Sequence record: ON212266.1
From: Enterobacter phage fGh-Ecl02
Reading direction: 5' to 3' (one strand)
Length of the DNA stretch: 64,000 bases
How positions within the stretch are numbered: position 1 is the stretch's first letter; every line of letters starts with the position of its first letter. Made by a program: the position numbers and the translations under genes. Of the stretch, positions 62,542 to 64,000 are shown piece by piece. The notes under the pieces were generated by a model. That model was not told the origin of the DNA. It saw only the letters and a list, made by a program, of their open reading frames with translations, and did not search any database.

Positions 62542-62568
62542 AAGCCCAGTACTTGACTGGGCTTTTTA
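62542..62568 (+). terminator. intrinsic terminator
   Basis: aagcccagt-acttg-actgggctt + ttt. Confidence 0.75.
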
Positions 62569-62639
62569 ACTTCAATAACTTTACTTTCAAGAAATAATCG
62601 CCTAATATTTAATCTGTATTGAAGAGTTACAACTACATC

Positions 62640-63845
62640 ATGAGGCTGGAAATGAACGTCAAAACATTCAATATTCCGATCGACAATGAAGGGTTGGTAG
62701 TTGAGCGACTGAAGAAGCTCGAGCGCACTGCCGAAAGGTTGGGTGTTCCGTTTCCGACTGTGACTTATGGTGAACCCTTCAAAACCCACACCCGCGACTT
62801 CACTGGTGAGATCCTTACCCACTGGTGGAAACCTGTTACTCTCGAAGGCGAAGGCATTGACCGCCCCATCTCTTATGGTGGCTGGAAGATCATCGGTCAG
62901 TTCAATCACGAATATCCAAAGGTTATTATTAACCGCCTGTCCGACAACATCAATCCTGACTTCATCCGTCGCTTCGAGACAGAGAACGTCTCTTGGTGTC
63001 AGCATTGCAATCTAGCCATCCGTCGCAAGAACACGTATGTGATTGAAAATGAGGAAACGCATACCCAGATGCTGATTGGTAGCACCTGTATGCATCATTA
63101 TGTGCCTCATCAGAAGTCCCTTGACGCGATTATGTCTTACTATCTGGAAATCCAAGAGTTCTTCATGCCAGACGAGGACGACCCAGAGGGTATATATCGC
63201 GTCCAAAATGAGCGCTTCACCGACACCCACAGTTACCTGCGCGCATGCTTCCAGGTGATGCTGGCAGGCGTGGATATCAAGTCTGAACTGTTTGATAAAG
63301 TACTGGGCTATGTCCGGTCTCACCAGAAACCAAAAGCAGGTTCCGATGAAGAGTATTTCGTAAACAAGGCACACGAATACCGTGAAGATGCCGAGTCGGA
63401 AATGTACCATATGAAGCTTTTCATCAGTGCGCTGTCCGAATCTAATGAGTTCAATGTTCGCCTGAAACGCATGTGTGAACCCGGCTATCACCTCATCAAG
63501 GATAACAACACAGTCCGCTGGGGTGCCAAGAAGTATTACGATTACATCCATCGTCCTCGTACTGACCGCAAGGTGGAGAACAAATGGGTGGGTGAAGTCG
63601 GTGAAATGCTGGAAGTGCAAGTCAGGTTCGATAAGCGCACCTTCCTCTTCTCCAATGAATATGGTGATAGCTACCTGTTTACTTTCAAAACAGCAGAAGG
63701 CAATACAATTACCTGGAAGACCTCTTATATGGATACAGAGTTCTTGCAGGGCGATATGATCATCCGTGGTCGTGTCAAAGAACTGACTGAGTACAACGGC
63801 GTTAAACAAACTCAGGTCACCAGAGCCAAATTGAGGAAATTATGA
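62640..63845 (+). CDS. hypothetical protein, 401 aa
   Basis: Start at Met8 of the track ORF, CAACTACATCATG variant of the start motif preceded by TTGAAG. Confidence 0.5.
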   Translation: MRLEMNVKTFNIPIDNEGLVVERLKKLERTAERLGVPFPTVTYGEPFKTHTRDFTGEILTHWWKPVTLEGEGIDRPISYGGWKIIGQFNHEYPKVIINRLSDNINPDFIRRFETENVSWCQHCNLAIRRKNTYVIENEETHTQMLIGSTCMHHYVPHQKSLDAIMSYYLEIQEFFMPDEDDPEGIYRVQNERFTDTHSYLRACFQVMLAGVDIKSELFDKVLGYVRSHQKPKAGSDEEYFVNKAHEYREDAESEMYHMKLFISALSESNEFNVRLKRMCEPGYHLIKDNNTVRWGAKKYYDYIHRPRTDRKVENKWVGEVGEMLEVQVRFDKRTFLFSNEYGDSYLFTFKTAEGNTITWKTSYMDTEFLQGDMIIRGRVKELTEYNGVKQTQVTRAKLRKL

Positions 63846-63961
63846 ATTTGATTGAGTTTGTTCTGAAGTCGTTCGCCTTTGGTCTGATAGCATGTGGGAT
63901 GATTACAGCTATGCTTCTCATCATAGCCCTGGTCATCCCCTTTAAGAGGAAGAATGAATGA
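63842..63961 (+). CDS. small membrane peptide (39 aa), below ORF-track cutoff
   Basis: ATGA overlap with the upstream stop, MNLIEFVLKSFAFGLIACGMITAMLLIIALVIPF..., read manually. Confidence 0.3.
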   Translation: MNLIEFVLKSFAFGLIACGMITAMLLIIALVIPFKRKNE

Positions 63962-64000
63962 AACGTGAAATCATGGATGTATACAAACCGGGATCTTGTT

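Noticed and set aside
63012-63809. 265-aa minus-strand ORF
   Set aside because: Antisense to the 401-aa plus gene, which carries the conserved start motif.
1-64000. tRNA genes, CRISPR arrays, integrase/transposase, homing endonucleases, introns/inteins
   Set aside because: No tRNA-like T-arm/acceptor signatures in intergenic regions. The GGTTCGATC at 53577 is inside a CDS. No repeat-spacer arrays. No GIY-YIG/HNH/LAGLIDADG motifs. nrdA, gp41 and gp46 have normal lengths.

Overview
This 64 kb window is the replication, recombination and nucleotide-metabolism region of a T4-superfamily lytic myovirus, about 49% GC, with mostly plus-strand genes, translationally coupled operons and many intrinsic terminators. 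Recognisable T4-like core genes (conserved motifs):
- UvsW helicase
- sliding clamp gp45, clamp loader gp44/gp62
- RegA
- late sigma factor gp55
- Mre11/Rad50-like gp47/gp46
- RNase HI
- primase gp61
- PhoH
- NrdA/NrdB/NrdC
- SSB gp32
- UvsX
- helicase gp41
- dNMP kinase (gene 1-like)
- gp56-like all-alpha dUTPase/dCTPase
- pyrimidine-nucleotide hydroxymethylase of the thymidylate-synthase/gp42 family
Other assignable genes:
- HU
- XPD/DinG-type Fe-S helicase
- endolysin
- RuvC-like resolvase
- baseplate genes gp25-like, gp5-like and gp54/48-like
The most interesting content is:
(i) A translationally coupled base-modification module (P-loop kinase, hydroxymethylase, dNMP kinase, dUTPase) fused to the uvsX operon. 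Three large unassigned genes sit where T4 carries gene 43; this is suggestive of hmdU-type thymidine hypermodification as in ViI-like phages.
(ii) An N-terminal vWA/MIDAS protein followed by an acyl-carrier-protein look-alike whose prosthetic-group serine is replaced by glutamate.
(iii) A stereotyped early-gene architecture: terminator hairpin, T4-type early promoter TTTACT-N17-TATnnT, then a roughly 45 nt leader ending in a conserved ...GGAAcUAUAUCAUG start-site motif (TATATCATG 7 times).
(iv) Repeated hairpin elements, and a 20-nt segment present in inverted orientation in two distant large non-coding regions. One of these lies just downstream of uvsW, where T4 has oriF.
(v) T4-type late promoters (TATAAATA) upstream of isolated late genes.
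No tRNA, CRISPR array, integrase or transposase was detected.
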